Both the position numbers and the translations under genes were made by a program. Positions 63,944 through 64,000 of a stretch of 64,000 bases of DNA are shown here, piece after piece; the first letter of the stretch is position 1, and each line of letters begins with the position of its first letter. The stretch comes from a virus (lineage: Duplodnaviria > Caudoviricetes). The DNA lies in IMG/VR virus record IMGVR_UViG_2828164553_000001, positions 32,001 through 96,000 of that record; one strand, given 5' to 3'. The notes beneath the pieces were generated by a model that saw nothing but the letters and a program-made list of their open reading frames with translations, made no database searches and had not been told where the DNA came from.

Positions 63944-64000
63944 GCCTGCACCTTCTCAATCGCGCTGCGGATCGCCTTGTCCAGCTCGCGGTTGAAGTAG
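63940..64000 (-). CDS. C-terminus of tail completion (Z-like) protein, truncated by window
   Basis: ...YFNRELDKAIRSAIEKVQA* with ATGA overlap. Confidence 0.5.
   Translation of the reverse strand, partial: YFNRELDKAIRSAIEKVQA

Larger units (their letters stand above)
46468..64000 (-). mobile_element. Lambda-like siphovirus prophage 3 (continues beyond window)
   Basis: tRNA-Arg att fragment, morons and a non-contractile tail gene series. Confidence 0.88.

Noticed and set aside
1-64000. CRISPR array, retron/DGR reverse transcriptase, IS transposase, rRNA
   Set aside because: I saw no regularly spaced repeat-spacer array, RT motif, transposase or rRNA-like sequence. The operator palindromes are dispersed, not arrayed.

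Overview
GC-rich Xanthomonadales-type (probably Stenotrophomonas) chromosomal tRNA cluster (Arg-His-Lys, minus strand) that appears to carry a different prophage in each of three consecutive tRNA genes. (1) 1-2524 is the integrase end of a prophage beside tRNA-Lys(CTT). (2) 2689-46406 is an apparently complete temperate T7-like (Autographiviridae-type) prophage flanked by a 53-bp direct repeat of the tRNA-His 3' half. It encodes a single-subunit RNA polymerase, SSB, RusA, primase/helicase, PolA, exonuclease, a full podovirus virion module, terminase, lysis genes, ArdA, a MarR-like repressor and an integrase. (3) 46468-64000 is a lambda-like siphovirus prophage bounded by a tRNA-Arg(TCT) 3' fragment, with umuDC, a Dam-like methylase, morons and a tail module whose tape-measure gene is frameshifted. 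The best candidate for a new system is the lysis/lysogeny circuit of the T7-like prophage, which can be read from the DNA. It has a phage-RNAP promoter (AATTAGTCGGGNCTMTA|G) upstream of the RNAP gene itself and a recurring 16-bp palindromic operator (ATCCCA-N4-TGGGA) at early promoters, around att and on both sides of the RNAP gene. Integration separates RNAP from the early region. The circuit also includes a catalytically dead T7-lysozyme homologue, tandem highly structured non-coding RNAs behind the early promoters, and one internal copy of a T7-like terminal repeat. All calls come from reading the sequence by eye; no searches were run.
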